A DNA stretch of 64,000 bases, from positions 1-64,000 of the forward strand of contig JBKJLC010000244.1 in NCBI GenBank assembly GCA_046597055.1. The letters are read 5' to 3'. A program made the translations under genes and the position numbers. The notes under the pieces were generated by a model that did no database searches, was not told the DNA's origin, and saw only the letters and a program-made list of their open reading frames with translations. Positions 14,909 through 26,405 of this stretch are shown piece by piece; within the stretch, counting starts at the first letter, position 1, and each line of letters opens with the position of its first letter. This stretch comes from Kofleriaceae bacterium. Lineage in GTDB: Bacteria > Myxococcota_A > Polyangia > Haliangiales > Haliangiaceae.

Positions 14909-17371
14909 TCAGCGCGGGAGCTTGGCGCGATCGGCGCGGACCTCGACGCTGTCGGGATGATCGCGGCCGAGCCCGGCTTCGATGATCGAGACCGCCTGGT
15001 CGAACAGGCGTCGCGCCGCCCCCGGATCCCGCCGGCCCAGCCCGAGCGCATGGTTCCACAACGCGTAGCCGCGCTCGACCGAGTCGGCCGGCAGGCTGGC
15101 GTCGGCCATGGCGTGGGCGCGGGCCAGCATCGCGATCGCGTCGTCGATGCGGCCGACGTCGAGCAGGGTCAACCCGAGGTTGCCGACTTCGGAGATGAGC
15201 GTCGGGTTGTCCGGGCCGAGGATGGGCTCCTGGATCCGCAGGGCCTGCTCGTGCGCGGCCAGCGACTCGGTGGTCCGGCCGGCGCGACCGAGCACGACGC
15301 CGCGCGAGTTGAGGACGGTCGCCGCCATCAGCCGGGCCCGCGGGTGGTCGATGGCGGCCAGCGCGGCGTCGGCACGGTCCAGCGCGGCGAGCGCGAGCTC
15401 GTACTGCTCGCGGGCATCGGCGAGCTGGGCCTCGAGCAGCTCGAGGTTGACGCGGTTCAGGGCGACGCTGTTGACGCGGACCGCCTCGGCGCGAGCGTGG
15501 GCGATCCAGTTCGCGGCGTCGTCGAGGCGCGCGCTGTTGAGATAGGCGTTGGCGAGCATCAGCGCGATCTCGAAGGTCTCGATGCCGTCGCCGGCGGCGC
15601 GGGCGCCGAAGTACGCGGCGCGCAGGTGGGGCTCGGCCTCGACCACGCCGGCCTGGCGCAGCAGCACGATCCCGAGCGCGCGCTGGGCGAGCGCGATGCC
15701 GAGCGGGTTGCCTGACGCGGTCGCCTCCTGGACGCCCTGCTGGCCCAGCGCGACCGCCGCCTTGCGATCGCCGCGGTCGGCGGCGTGATCGGTCTGGATC
15801 GCGAGCCTGCGGATCGCGTCGAGCTGGCGGGCCGCATCGGGGTCGGCGGGCCCGATCGTCGATGCCAGCTTGGCGGGATCACCGCAGCTGGTCGGGACGT
15901 ACATCCCTTCGATGTCCGCGATCAGCTCGCCGGGCCGGCCGCGGGTGACGACCGCGGTGTTGGCCAGGAGCTGCCGGGTGGTCTCGAGGCAGCGCACCAG
16001 CTCGGGCGCCATCGCCGGGGACCAGTCGGCGCGGCCCGGCAGCTCGCGACAGGCGGTGTGCCGGGTCGCGGTCCAGGCGGCACTGTCCTGGTCGAGCGCC
16101 TCGGCCGCCCACGCCGCGGTCGACGCGATCGCGGTGTGGCGGGTCAGGAACGCGCCGCGCGTGCTCGGGTTCCAGACCTCGGTCAGGTCGGCGGGGAGGC
16201 CCGCGCACGGATCCGGCGGCGGCGCCGCCACCGCCCGCGCCGGTGCCTCGCCACCGCGGGTGACCACCACCGCCAGCGCCCCGGCCAGCGCGGCGGCGGC
16301 GACCACGGCGATCGCGATGCGGCGCGGGGCGCGGCCGGCCCGATCGAGCGCGGCCAGCAGCGCGTCCATCGACGGCCAGCGCGCGGCCGGTGCCGCCCGC
16401 AGGCCCCGGGCGATGGCAGCGTGGACCCGCCGCGGGATCGCGCGACGCCGCGGCGGCGGCGTGAGGCGGCCGGCCGCGATCGCGAGCGCGCGCGCGCCGG
16501 GCAGGGGCGGGAACGGATCAGCGCCGCACAGCGCCTCGTACAGCGCGACGCAGAACGCGAACTGGTCGGCGCGGGCGTCGACCGCGCCACCCTCGAACTG
16601 CTCGGGCGCCATGTAGCGAGGCGTGCCGACCAGCGCGCCGGTGGCCGTGATCGCGCCGTCGGCGCGCGGCGAGCCCAGGTTGGAGCCGCCGCCAGTGGTG
16701 GTGGTGTGGCTGACGGTGGTGTCGTACGAGATCTCGCGCGCGGCCACGCCGGCCCCGACCAGGCCGGCGGCGTCGCGCGCCAGCCCGAAGTCGCCGATCC
16801 GGGCCCGGCCGTCGGCGCCGATCAGGATGTTGTCGGGCTTGACGTCGCGATGGACCAGCCCGGCCGCGTGGGCGGCGGCCAGCCCGCGCCCCGCGTCGAG
16901 GTAGATCGCGAGCACCTCGCGCCAGCCGCGCGCTCGCTCGCGCAGCCAGGTCCGCGCGTTGCCGCCTTCGCACAGCTCCATCGCCACGAACGGCGCGCCG
17001 TCGTGGGCGCCGATCTCGTAGATGGTGACGACGTTGGGGTGAGCCAGGCGCGCCAGCGCGAGCGCCTCGCGACGGGCCCGGGCCAGGTCGGTGCCCTGCA
17101 GGTTGAGCTTGAGCGCGACCGCGCGGTCGAGGCGTCGGTCGCGCGCGCGGTAGACCGCGCCCATGCCGCCCCGACCGATCGCGTCCTCGATCACGAAGTG
17201 CTCGCCGATCACCTCGCCGGGAGGAAGCTCGCGGCTGGTGCCCGGGGTGCCGGCGGCCGCACGCAGGTCGTCGACCAGCGAACCAGCGTCGTCGGCAACC
17301 GAGGTCCGGAGCGGCTCGTCACCCGCCACCGGCGCAGGGTAGCCCAGAACCGCGGTGAACCGAGGTGACAT
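14909..17371 (-). CDS. Membrane Ser/Thr protein kinase with C-terminal TPR repeats
   Basis: IGRGGMGAVY, VALK, HRDVKPDN, DFGLAR and GTPRYMAPE; one TM segment (IAIAVVAAAALAGALAVVV); TPRs. The start is uncertain and may be a GTG about 40 nt downstream. Confidence 0.95.
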   Translation of the reverse strand: MSPRFTAVLGYPAPVAGDEPLRTSVADDAGSLVDDLRAAAGTPGTSRELPPGEVIGEHFVIEDAIGRGGMGAVYRARDRRLDRAVALKLNLQGTDLARARREALALARLAHPNVVTIYEIGAHDGAPFVAMELCEGGNARTWLRERARGWREVLAIYLDAGRGLAAAHAAGLVHRDVKPDNILIGADGRARIGDFGLARDAAGLVGAGVAAREISYDTTVSHTTTTGGGSNLGSPRADGAITATGALVGTPRYMAPEQFEGGAVDARADQFAFCVALYEALCGADPFPPLPGARALAIAAGRLTPPPRRRAIPRRVHAAIARGLRAAPAARWPSMDALLAALDRAGRAPRRIAIAVVAAAALAGALAVVVTRGGEAPARAVAAPPPDPCAGLPADLTEVWNPSTRGAFLTRHTAIASTAAWAAEALDQDSAAWTATRHTACRELPGRADWSPAMAPELVRCLETTRQLLANTAVVTRGRPGELIADIEGMYVPTSCGDPAKLASTIGPADPDAARQLDAIRRLAIQTDHAADRGDRKAAVALGQQGVQEATASGNPLGIALAQRALGIVLLRQAGVVEAEPHLRAAYFGARAAGDGIETFEIALMLANAYLNSARLDDAANWIAHARAEAVRVNSVALNRVNLELLEAQLADAREQYELALAALDRADAALAAIDHPRARLMAATVLNSRGVVLGRAGRTTESLAAHEQALRIQEPILGPDNPTLISEVGNLGLTLLDVGRIDDAIAMLARAHAMADASLPADSVERGYALWNHALGLGRRDPGAARRLFDQAVSIIEAGLGRDHPDSVEVRADRAKLPR

Positions 17372-17613
17372 GCCAGAACCTGCCGGGGCCTCGGGCTGGC
17401 TCAGGGCTTTGATGCTTCCGAATACTCCTTCCCTATCGATCGGCCGGCCACGGCCCGGAGGCCGCGCCTCGCTTCGCTCGGCCAGGTCACGGCGGCGCGC
17501 CGGTCACGAAGCGCTCGAGGCTGGCGACCAGCGCGGCGACGTGCGGCCCCGGGTCGGCCGCGTCAGGATCGCTCGAGCCGAAGCAGGCTGCGTGCACCGT
17601 CGCTCTCCGCGGG

Positions 17614-17643
17614 AGGCTAGCGCAGGCTAGCGCAGGCTAGCGC
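17614..17643. repeat. 10-bp tandem repeat (AGGCTAGCGC)x3 covering the aldo/keto reductase stop codon
   Basis: Three exact copies read directly from the sequence. Confidence 0.85.
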
Positions 17644-18629
17644 GCCCCGTAGTTGTGCTCGCTGCGCTCTTCGCTGCGGTCGGTCGCCGGCGGCGGCGTT
17701 GGCGTCAGCGCGGCGATCCGCGCCCGCAGCTCGGGCGTCATCGCGATCGTGGTGGCGCCGAGCACCCCGTCGAGCTGGTCGACGTCGCGCGCGCCGATCA
17801 ACACCGAGGTCACCGCCGGATGGGCGCCAACCCAGGCGGTCGCCAGCGCGGCGGGATGCACGCCGAGCTCGAGCGCGAGCGCGGTCAGCGCGTCGGCGGT
17901 GTCGAGGTGCGCCTCGTCCGCGTAGCGGGTCTGGTACATCCGGTTGGTCGCCATCCGTCCGGCAGCCGGACGCTTGGTGCGACCCCACTTGCCGGTCAGC
18001 AGCCCGCCCGCGGTCGGGCTGTACGGCACCACCGCCAGGCCCAGCGCCGCCGCCATCGGCAGCAGCTCGACCTCGGCCTGGCGCTTGAGCAGGTTGTACA
18101 TCGGCTGCACCGCGACCAGCGGAGCCAGCGCGCGCGCGGCGGCGACGCCCTGCGCGTGCGCGACCTGCCAGGCGGCGAAGTTCGAGCACGCCGGATACAG
18201 GATCTTGCCGGCGCGGACGAGGTCGTCGATCGCGCGCAGGGTCTCGCCCAGGTCGGTCGCGTCGTCCCACCGGTGCAGGTAGAAGACGTCGATCCACTCG
18301 CGGCCGAGCCGGCGCAGGCTCGCCTCGCACGCGCGGACCAGGTGGTAGCGCGAGCTACCGCGGGCGTTGGCGTCCTTCCCGGTCGGGAAGTACGCCTTGG
18401 TCGCGATCACGACCTGATCGCGGTGATCCGCGGCCAGCCGGCCGAGGATCTGCTCCGAGCGGCCGTCGCTGTAGACGTCGGCGGTGTCGAAGAAGTTGAT
18501 GCCGGCGTCGCGCGCGCGTGCGTACAGCGCGGCGGCGCCGGCCTCGTCGGCGTCGCCACCGAACGACATGCAGCCGAGGGCCAGGCGCGAGACCTTGACC
18601 CCGGTCTTGCCGAGGAGGCGGAGCTCCAT
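17637..18629 (-). CDS. Aldo/keto reductase
   Basis: LGKTGVKVSRLALGCMSFG, FFDTADVY, IATK, SLRRL..IDVFYLH and YSPTAGGLLTGK; TGATG overlap with the upstream gene. Confidence 0.95.
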   Translation of the reverse strand: MELRLLGKTGVKVSRLALGCMSFGGDADEAGAAALYARARDAGINFFDTADVYSDGRSEQILGRLAADHRDQVVIATKAYFPTGKDANARGSSRYHLVRACEASLRRLGREWIDVFYLHRWDDATDLGETLRAIDDLVRAGKILYPACSNFAAWQVAHAQGVAAARALAPLVAVQPMYNLLKRQAEVELLPMAAALGLAVVPYSPTAGGLLTGKWGRTKRPAAGRMATNRMYQTRYADEAHLDTADALTALALELGVHPAALATAWVGAHPAVTSVLIGARDVDQLDGVLGATTIAMTPELRARIAALTPTPPPATDRSEERSEHNYGAR

Positions 18630-19195
18630 CACCGCGCGAACGCGGCTTCGATCTTCGCGATGACCTTCTCTTCGCTGCCCGACACCTTGCCGATGCCGAG
18701 GAAGCCACCGGCCGAGCCGGCGATGAGGTTGGCGAAGTTCAGGATCTGCTTCTTCAGCAGCCGCACCTGCTCGTCGTTGAGCTGCGAGGTGAGGGCATTG
18801 ATGTAGCCAAGCCAGGCCTCGAACAGGCTGTCGTCGGGCTGCTTGCTCAGCCAGCTCGATAGCAGCTGGTAACCGGGCGTGCCCTCGTCCATGCCCTTGC
18901 CCTGGGCACCGTGGAGGATGGCATCGCGCTCGTTGTCCTGGATCGCGCCGTCGGCCCAGGCCACCGCGATCAGCGGTACCAGCGACAGCGCGGCGACCGT
19001 CTTGCCGGTGAGGCCGAGCCCGACCAGCTTGTCGAGGACCTCGTCGTCGGTCATGCCCGACACCTTGCGCAGCTCCTCGCGGGTCGCCTGCACAGACAGC
19101 TTGTCCTTCATCTGCTCGAGTTTTTTCTGGTCCTCCTTGTGGAAGAACTCATCCTCGAGGGCGGCGCGTCGCTCATCCATCATATCGCGGGTCAC
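18629..19195 (-). CDS. TerB-like helical protein with charged N-terminal helix
   Basis: AAGGAG RBS before the GTG at 19195. TerB-like VAWADGAIQDNERDAI and IAGSAGGFLGIGKVSGSEEKVIAKI motifs. Confidence 0.75.
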   Translation of the reverse strand: MTRDMMDERRAALEDEFFHKEDQKKLEQMKDKLSVQATREELRKVSGMTDDEVLDKLVGLGLTGKTVAALSLVPLIAVAWADGAIQDNERDAILHGAQGKGMDEGTPGYQLLSSWLSKQPDDSLFEAWLGYINALTSQLNDEQVRLLKKQILNFANLIAGSAGGFLGIGKVSGSEEKVIAKIEAAFAR

Positions 19196-19343
19196 GTCGT
19201 ACTCCTTGGCAGCGTTTCGGTGGGTGTGTATACCACCCCTCCGAGGTGTCGCGAGGGGCGCGCACACATGACGGCGTGGTGACGTTCGCGCGGTTACGCA
19301 TTTCTGATTGCCCATGGCCCACTGGCTCTGCTAATCGCGCCGG

Positions 19344-20258
19344 ATGAACCCCTTCCCGCTGCTCCTGGGCGTCCTCACCGTGGCCGGAGCCGGCTGCGCG
19401 TCGAGTCGCGCGCCTGGCGGCGCCGACGACGACCCGGTCGATGCGGCGCCGCGTGACTCCGCGACTCCGGATTCGAACGTCCCTGACGACGGCCGTTCCC
19501 CCGACGCCGCGCTGCCCACCGACGCCGCGCTGACCGCGGCCGGCCCGACGCTGCTGCTGTCGGAGGTCGTGCTGGCCCCGGCCGGCGGCGAGTTGGTCGA
19601 GATCGTCAACCCGACCGGCGTGGCGGTCGACCTGTCGACCTACTACCTGAGCGACGCGCCCGACTACTGGAAGCTCCCGGCCGGCGTGCCGACGGTCGAC
19701 AGCACCGACGCCATCGTGCGCTTCCGGGCCGGGGCGAGCATCCCGGCTGGCGGCGTGGTGACGGTCGCGTTCGACACCGCGGCCAGCTTCACGACCACCT
19801 ACGGCACCGCGCCGACCTACTCGATCGCCTCGGGCACGGTGGTGCTGGTGACCTCGGCCCTCGCGCCGACACTGACCAACGCCGGCGAGCCGATCGTCCT
19901 GTTCCGCTGGGACGGGATGAGCGACCGCGTCACCGACGTCGACCTGATGCTCGCGGGCACGCCGTCGGCGGGCAACCTGCTCGTCGACAAGAGCGGCGTC
20001 GCGCAGGACGGTCCCGACTCCGGCACCACGACCTCGGCCTACGCCAGCGATGCGCGCACCATCGCCTCGCAGGCAACGGTGCCGGCGTCGGGCCAGTCGA
20101 CCAAGCGGATCGCGCTCGAGAGCTCCACCGTCGAGCTCCAGGCCGGCGGCAACGGCGTCGGCGGGCAGGACGAGACCAGCGAGGCGACCGCGCGGACCTG
20201 GGACGCAACGTTCACGGCGCCGACGCCGGGCACGGTCCCCGCCGCCCTCGCGCCTTAG
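19344..20258 (+). CDS. Lipoprotein with lamin-tail-like domain
   Basis: Lipobox AGAGC; LLLSEV...ELVEIVNPTGVAVDLSTYYLSD and LTNAGEPIVL. Confidence 0.8.
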   Translation: MNPFPLLLGVLTVAGAGCASSRAPGGADDDPVDAAPRDSATPDSNVPDDGRSPDAALPTDAALTAAGPTLLLSEVVLAPAGGELVEIVNPTGVAVDLSTYYLSDAPDYWKLPAGVPTVDSTDAIVRFRAGASIPAGGVVTVAFDTAASFTTTYGTAPTYSIASGTVVLVTSALAPTLTNAGEPIVLFRWDGMSDRVTDVDLMLAGTPSAGNLLVDKSGVAQDGPDSGTTTSAYASDARTIASQATVPASGQSTKRIALESSTVELQAGGNGVGGQDETSEATARTWDATFTAPTPGTVPAALAP

Positions 20259-20345
20259 GCCCACGACGGAGGTCGACCCGCACGACAGGGCCACGGCGGG
20301 ACGAGCGAGGCCAGTTTCGGCGCCGGGCCTGGTATCCTGCCGGTC

Positions 20346-21899
20346 TTGAGTGCGCGACGTCTGTGGCTGTTGCCCGTGGTCATCCTGGCCGCGTTGTCGC
20401 TGACGATCTTCGCGGGCTTCTACCTGATCGACCACCTGCGGGGCGGGCCGGGCGGGGCGATCGACCGCTACCTCGACTTCGACGGCGGCATGATCACCGA
20501 CGCGCTGCCGGCGCTGGCCGGCATGACCGCGGCCGTGCTCGGCATCGTGATCACGGTGGTGAGCATCATCGTGCAGCTGTCGAGCGAGCGGTACACCGGC
20601 GTCGCGCAGATGTTCCTGCGCGACAAGGTCAACCTCGCGGTCATGGCCTACTTCGTCGTCGCGTGCGTGACCGGGGTGTGGCTGTCGATGGCAGTCCACA
20701 GCGACTTCGTCCCGACCGCGGCGATCCTCGCCATGTTGATCTTCACCACCGGCGGTCTGGTCGTGATGCTGCCGTATTTCGCGTACGTGTTCCGCTTCCT
20801 CGAGCCGCAGAGCATCATCGGGCGGATCCGCGCCCACGCGGTCGAGACCGTCGAGGGCGCGGTCTCGTCCCACGCGCCGGCGCGCGCGGTCGCGGCCCAG
20901 CCCGAAGTCCTGGCCGCGATGGAGGAGCTGACCGACATCACGTCGAACTCGATCTCGGGCAAGGACAAGATCATTGCCAGTCGTGCGGTCGACGCGATCA
21001 AGGACTTCGTCGTGGGCTACCTCGCCGTCAAGGGACGCGCGCCGGGCGCGTGGTTCGGCATCGGCGACGGGATCCGCGACAATCCGGACTTCGTCGCGAT
21101 GGATCCCGAGTCGCTGCGCGATCTCGAGGACAACCGCACGTGGGTCGAGTGGAAGGCGCTGCGCCAGTACCTCGGCATCTACAACGAGGCGCAGGGCACG
21201 ATGCCCGACATCAACTACCTGGTCGCGATCGATACGCGCTACATCGGCGAGGCCGCGGCCGCGCGCGGCGACGATCAGGTGGTGACGCTGGCGTTCAAGT
21301 TCATGAACTCGTATCTGCGCGCGACCCTCAACGCCAAGGCGGTGCGGACCGCCTACAACGTGCTCAATCAGTACCGGCACCTGGTCGAGCACATGATCCG
21401 CACCGGCCGCCGCGACCAGGCCGAAGAGGCGGTCGGCCACATGATCTACTACGGCAGGACCAGCTACGACATGCAGCTGGGGTTCGTGACCGAGACGGTG
21501 GCGTACGATGTCGGCACCCTGGTCGAGCTCGCTCATCACCAAGGTGGGTCTGACGCAGACATGCTGACCATGTTCCTCGAGCTCGACCAGCCGTTGCGGC
21601 AGCGCCGCCAGGAGCACGGGCTGATCGGCATCCGCAAGGCGCAGGTCAAGCTCGCCTGTTATTACCTGATGGTGGGCGCCGACGACCGCGCCCGCCGCAT
21701 CGCCGACGACCTCGCCGGCGAGCCCCTCGAGCGCCGTCAGGCGATCCGCGAGCAGCTCGAACAGGTCGAATCGAAGGACTTCTGGGAGATCATCGATCGC
21801 GGCCGCAATTTCGAGTTCATGCCGCCGGCGCAGCGGTCGCAGATGGAAAAGTTCTTCGGATGGTTTGATGTCATAGGCGCCACGCCGGACCCCGTGTAA
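20346..21899 (+). CDS. DUF2254-like membrane protein with large soluble C-terminal domain
   Basis: Four hydrophobic segments and the motif ITVVSIIVQLSSERYT...FLRD; codon usage fits a real gene. Confidence 0.75.
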   Translation: MSARRLWLLPVVILAALSLTIFAGFYLIDHLRGGPGGAIDRYLDFDGGMITDALPALAGMTAAVLGIVITVVSIIVQLSSERYTGVAQMFLRDKVNLAVMAYFVVACVTGVWLSMAVHSDFVPTAAILAMLIFTTGGLVVMLPYFAYVFRFLEPQSIIGRIRAHAVETVEGAVSSHAPARAVAAQPEVLAAMEELTDITSNSISGKDKIIASRAVDAIKDFVVGYLAVKGRAPGAWFGIGDGIRDNPDFVAMDPESLRDLEDNRTWVEWKALRQYLGIYNEAQGTMPDINYLVAIDTRYIGEAAAARGDDQVVTLAFKFMNSYLRATLNAKAVRTAYNVLNQYRHLVEHMIRTGRRDQAEEAVGHMIYYGRTSYDMQLGFVTETVAYDVGTLVELAHHQGGSDADMLTMFLELDQPLRQRRQEHGLIGIRKAQVKLACYYLMVGADDRARRIADDLAGEPLERRQAIREQLEQVESKDFWEIIDRGRNFEFMPPAQRSQMEKFFGWFDVIGATPDPV

Positions 21900-21908
21900 G
21901 ATCGAGCC

Positions 21909-23057
21909 GTGCGAACCCGCGTTATCCACCTTCACGAGGGTCAGGATCGCGGTCACGCCCAGAACGCTCGCACCGGCGTGATGATCGACGGCCCCGGGCC
22001 GGCGCAGGTCGTCACCGCCGGGGGCGCAACTGGCCTGCTCCAGAAGAACTGGCGCGAGGTGCACAAGGTCATCACCAGCTTCGCCACGCCAGGTGTGGCG
22101 GTGGTCGCGGTCGACTGCCTGCGCCAGCGCGTCGCCGGGTCGATGTGCATCGCGGCCAAGCCGGCCGCGATCAATGCCGGCATCGTGGGCCGTCATGGCC
22201 AGTGCGACCTGTTCCTCGAGGGCGATCCGAGCCTTTCGCTGCGCCACATGGTGGTCGTGGTCGAGCCGATGCGCGAGTGGGGTGGTCCCACGCCGATCGA
22301 TCTGCGCTACCGGCTGATCGACCTGCGCACGTCGTCGGCGTTCCGCGACGAGGCCGGCCGCCGGCTCGAGGCGGCGACGGTCGAGGGCCCCGCCTTCGTG
22401 TTCGTCGGGCGCTACGCGCTGTTCTGCTTCCCGACCGGCGGTGAGGGCGAGTGGCCCGAGCGCGCCGAGGATGCAGTCGCGGCCCTGCCGGACCGCATCT
22501 ACCTCGACGAGCGTGATGCCGAGCCCGACCGCTGGCGGCGCCGACGCCGCGGCGAGGGCGGCAAGAGCGCCCAGCCGCCCCGGGCTGGGAACCTCGCCGC
22601 GTCCGCGGCCAGCTTCGACCGCTGGGCCGAGGGCAGCGAGGTCCACGACGAGCGGCGCTCCCAGGTGAGCACCCGCGTGACCAGCACCAGCGGGCCGGCG
22701 CGCGCGCGCGTCGATCACCCGGGCGAGGACGAGGTCCTGTTCGGCACCATCGAGATCACCTCGCGCCTGGGCGCCGACCGCGTCCGCATCGGCGCGGACG
22801 CCGCCGGCCGCGGCCTCCTGCTCGGCCGCTACAGCCGGTGCGACACGGCTGGCGCGGCCTCGCTGGCGCTCGAGAAAATCTCGCGCGTTCATCTGCTGCT
22901 GGTGCGCGTGGGCGACGATCTATGGGCGATCGATACCGCCTCGACCAACGGCGTCTCCGCCGCGGGCGAAGACGTGCGCGTCCACCGCATGCGCGCTGGC
23001 GAGGATCTTGCCCTCGCCGACGGCACCAGCGCCATCCGCTGGCAGCCCCTGCACTGA
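21909..23057 (+). CDS. FHA domain protein (two FHA-like domains)
   Basis: C-terminal LLGRYSRCD...ISRVH...DTASTNG; N-terminal degenerate IVGRHGQCDL...LSLRH...IDL. Confidence 0.8.
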   Translation: MRTRVIHLHEGQDRGHAQNARTGVMIDGPGPAQVVTAGGATGLLQKNWREVHKVITSFATPGVAVVAVDCLRQRVAGSMCIAAKPAAINAGIVGRHGQCDLFLEGDPSLSLRHMVVVVEPMREWGGPTPIDLRYRLIDLRTSSAFRDEAGRRLEAATVEGPAFVFVGRYALFCFPTGGEGEWPERAEDAVAALPDRIYLDERDAEPDRWRRRRRGEGGKSAQPPRAGNLAASAASFDRWAEGSEVHDERRSQVSTRVTSTSGPARARVDHPGEDEVLFGTIEITSRLGADRVRIGADAAGRGLLLGRYSRCDTAGAASLALEKISRVHLLLVRVGDDLWAIDTASTNGVSAAGEDVRVHRMRAGEDLALADGTSAIRWQPLH

Positions 23058-23087
23058 TCCGCTGCCCTCCGGATCCCGCACATCTTT

Positions 23088-23425
23088 CCGGTGTCCCTGA
23101 GCGAAGGGCGCGCTGCGAGCCCGGAGTCGAAGGGCCAGCGGCCAGCGCGCGGCTCAGGGCCACCGGAACAGGATCCGGGCCAGGCGAGGAGGCGCCGCGC
23201 CAGCCGACCTCGCGCCGGTGTCGGGGCCGGGCGAGGCGGCCCAATGCCAGCCGACCTCGCGCCCGTGTCGGGGCGAGGCGAGGCGGCCCGGCTGCGAGGC
23301 GACGGAGGGACCCACGAGAACCGGTGTCCCTGAGCGCAGCGCGAAGCGCGGAGTCGAAGGGCCTCTTGGTCGTGACGAAGCGGGGAGGACCCGGCAACGA
23401 CGCAGGCGGGGCCCGCAGCCCGCCC
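23088..23425. repeat. Cluster of REP-like palindromic repeats and a 44-bp direct repeat
   Basis: CCGGTGTCCCTGAGC-[hairpin]-GAGTCGAAGGGCC at 23088-23136 and 23321-23363; inverted partial copy at 23152-23166; near-identical 44-bp direct repeats at 23199-23242 and 23246-23289. Confidence 0.8.
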
Positions 23426-23451
23426 CGACGCCCGCAGCCCGGTCCGCGCCG

Positions 23452-23496
23452 AAAAATCGGAAGGCTGTTGCGCCCCCCCGGACACAACAGCCCTCC
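23452..23496 (-). terminator. Rho-independent terminator downstream of the cold-shock gene
   Basis: Minus strand GGAGGGCTGTTGTGTCC-GGGG-GGGCGCAACAGCCTTCC forms a 17-bp stem with G-U wobbles, followed by GATTTTT. Confidence 0.75.
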
Positions 23497-23584
23497 TGTT
23501 GCTTGCGCGTTGGCGGCCGTCCCCCCCGGTTCGGCCGCGTTCGCACGGGGTTCGTTCAGGACCCCCCTTTTGAGTCTCCTGGCT

Positions 23585-23797
23585 TCAGGCGACTCCCACC
23601 TTTTCTACACTGGCTGCGAAGAGGCCCTTGGAGCCGACGTTCTCCGTGTATTCCACGGTCTGGCCCTGGACCAGCGTGCGGAACCCATCGCCCTGGATGG
23701 ATGAGTAATGGACGAACACGTCCTTCCCATCCTCAGCACGGGAGATAAAGCCGTAGCCTTTCGCGTCGTTGAACCATTTCACTGTTCCGAGTGCCAT
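23585..23797 (-). CDS. Cold-shock protein (CspA family)
   Basis: GTVKWFNDAKGYGFI (RNP1) and DVFVHYSSI (RNP2); GGAGG RBS; 70 aa. Confidence 0.97.
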   Translation of the reverse strand: MALGTVKWFNDAKGYGFISRAEDGKDVFVHYSSIQGDGFRTLVQGQTVEYTENVGSKGLFAASVEKVGVA

Positions 23798-24069
23798 CGT
23801 TACAACCTCCGGTCCTCACGGCCCACCCACGGACCGCCTCCTCCCTTCAAACATGCGGGGCAGTTGTTCTCAACGAATGGCTGAGGAATTCAGCCCAGCG
23901 TTGGAATACTTCCATCTAACTGAACTTCGAGGAGAAAATTGGTTCGGTCACTCGCGGTCTCGCCACCGCGTTGCCCCGGAACCACGCAACCGCCGACACA
24001 CGGGGCTGGCCACCAAACGCGTGCGTCCCGCGCCGGCAGCGCGGTCGCCCCGCCAACAATGAGTCGGTA

Positions 24070-26211
<2,142 letters not shown>

Positions 26212-26405
26212 GTCTCAGTTTGACACGGCCCAAGGGCCGGCGGTGAGAGGTTCTAACGAGCGTCGTATCCGGCTGATCCGCGCTGGCATCAGGCCCACAT
26301 CCTCGAGACTTGGACCGAGTGCCGCCGGGATCGGTTGCCTCTGGCCCCGCCGAGCGGCGGGGCGCACCACAAGCGCGGCAAAGCGAAGGTTTGCCCTTGC
26401 CGACT

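Noticed and set aside
19265..19297. ECF-like GTAACC...CGTCA upstream of the TerB-like gene
   Set aside because: Spacer is about 2 bp too long for an AAC-N17-CGT promoter.
23058..23584. Possible CRISPR array or protein-coding ORFs in the repeat cluster
   Set aside because: No regular repeat-spacer periodicity and no cas genes; the ORFs are translations of palindromic repeats.
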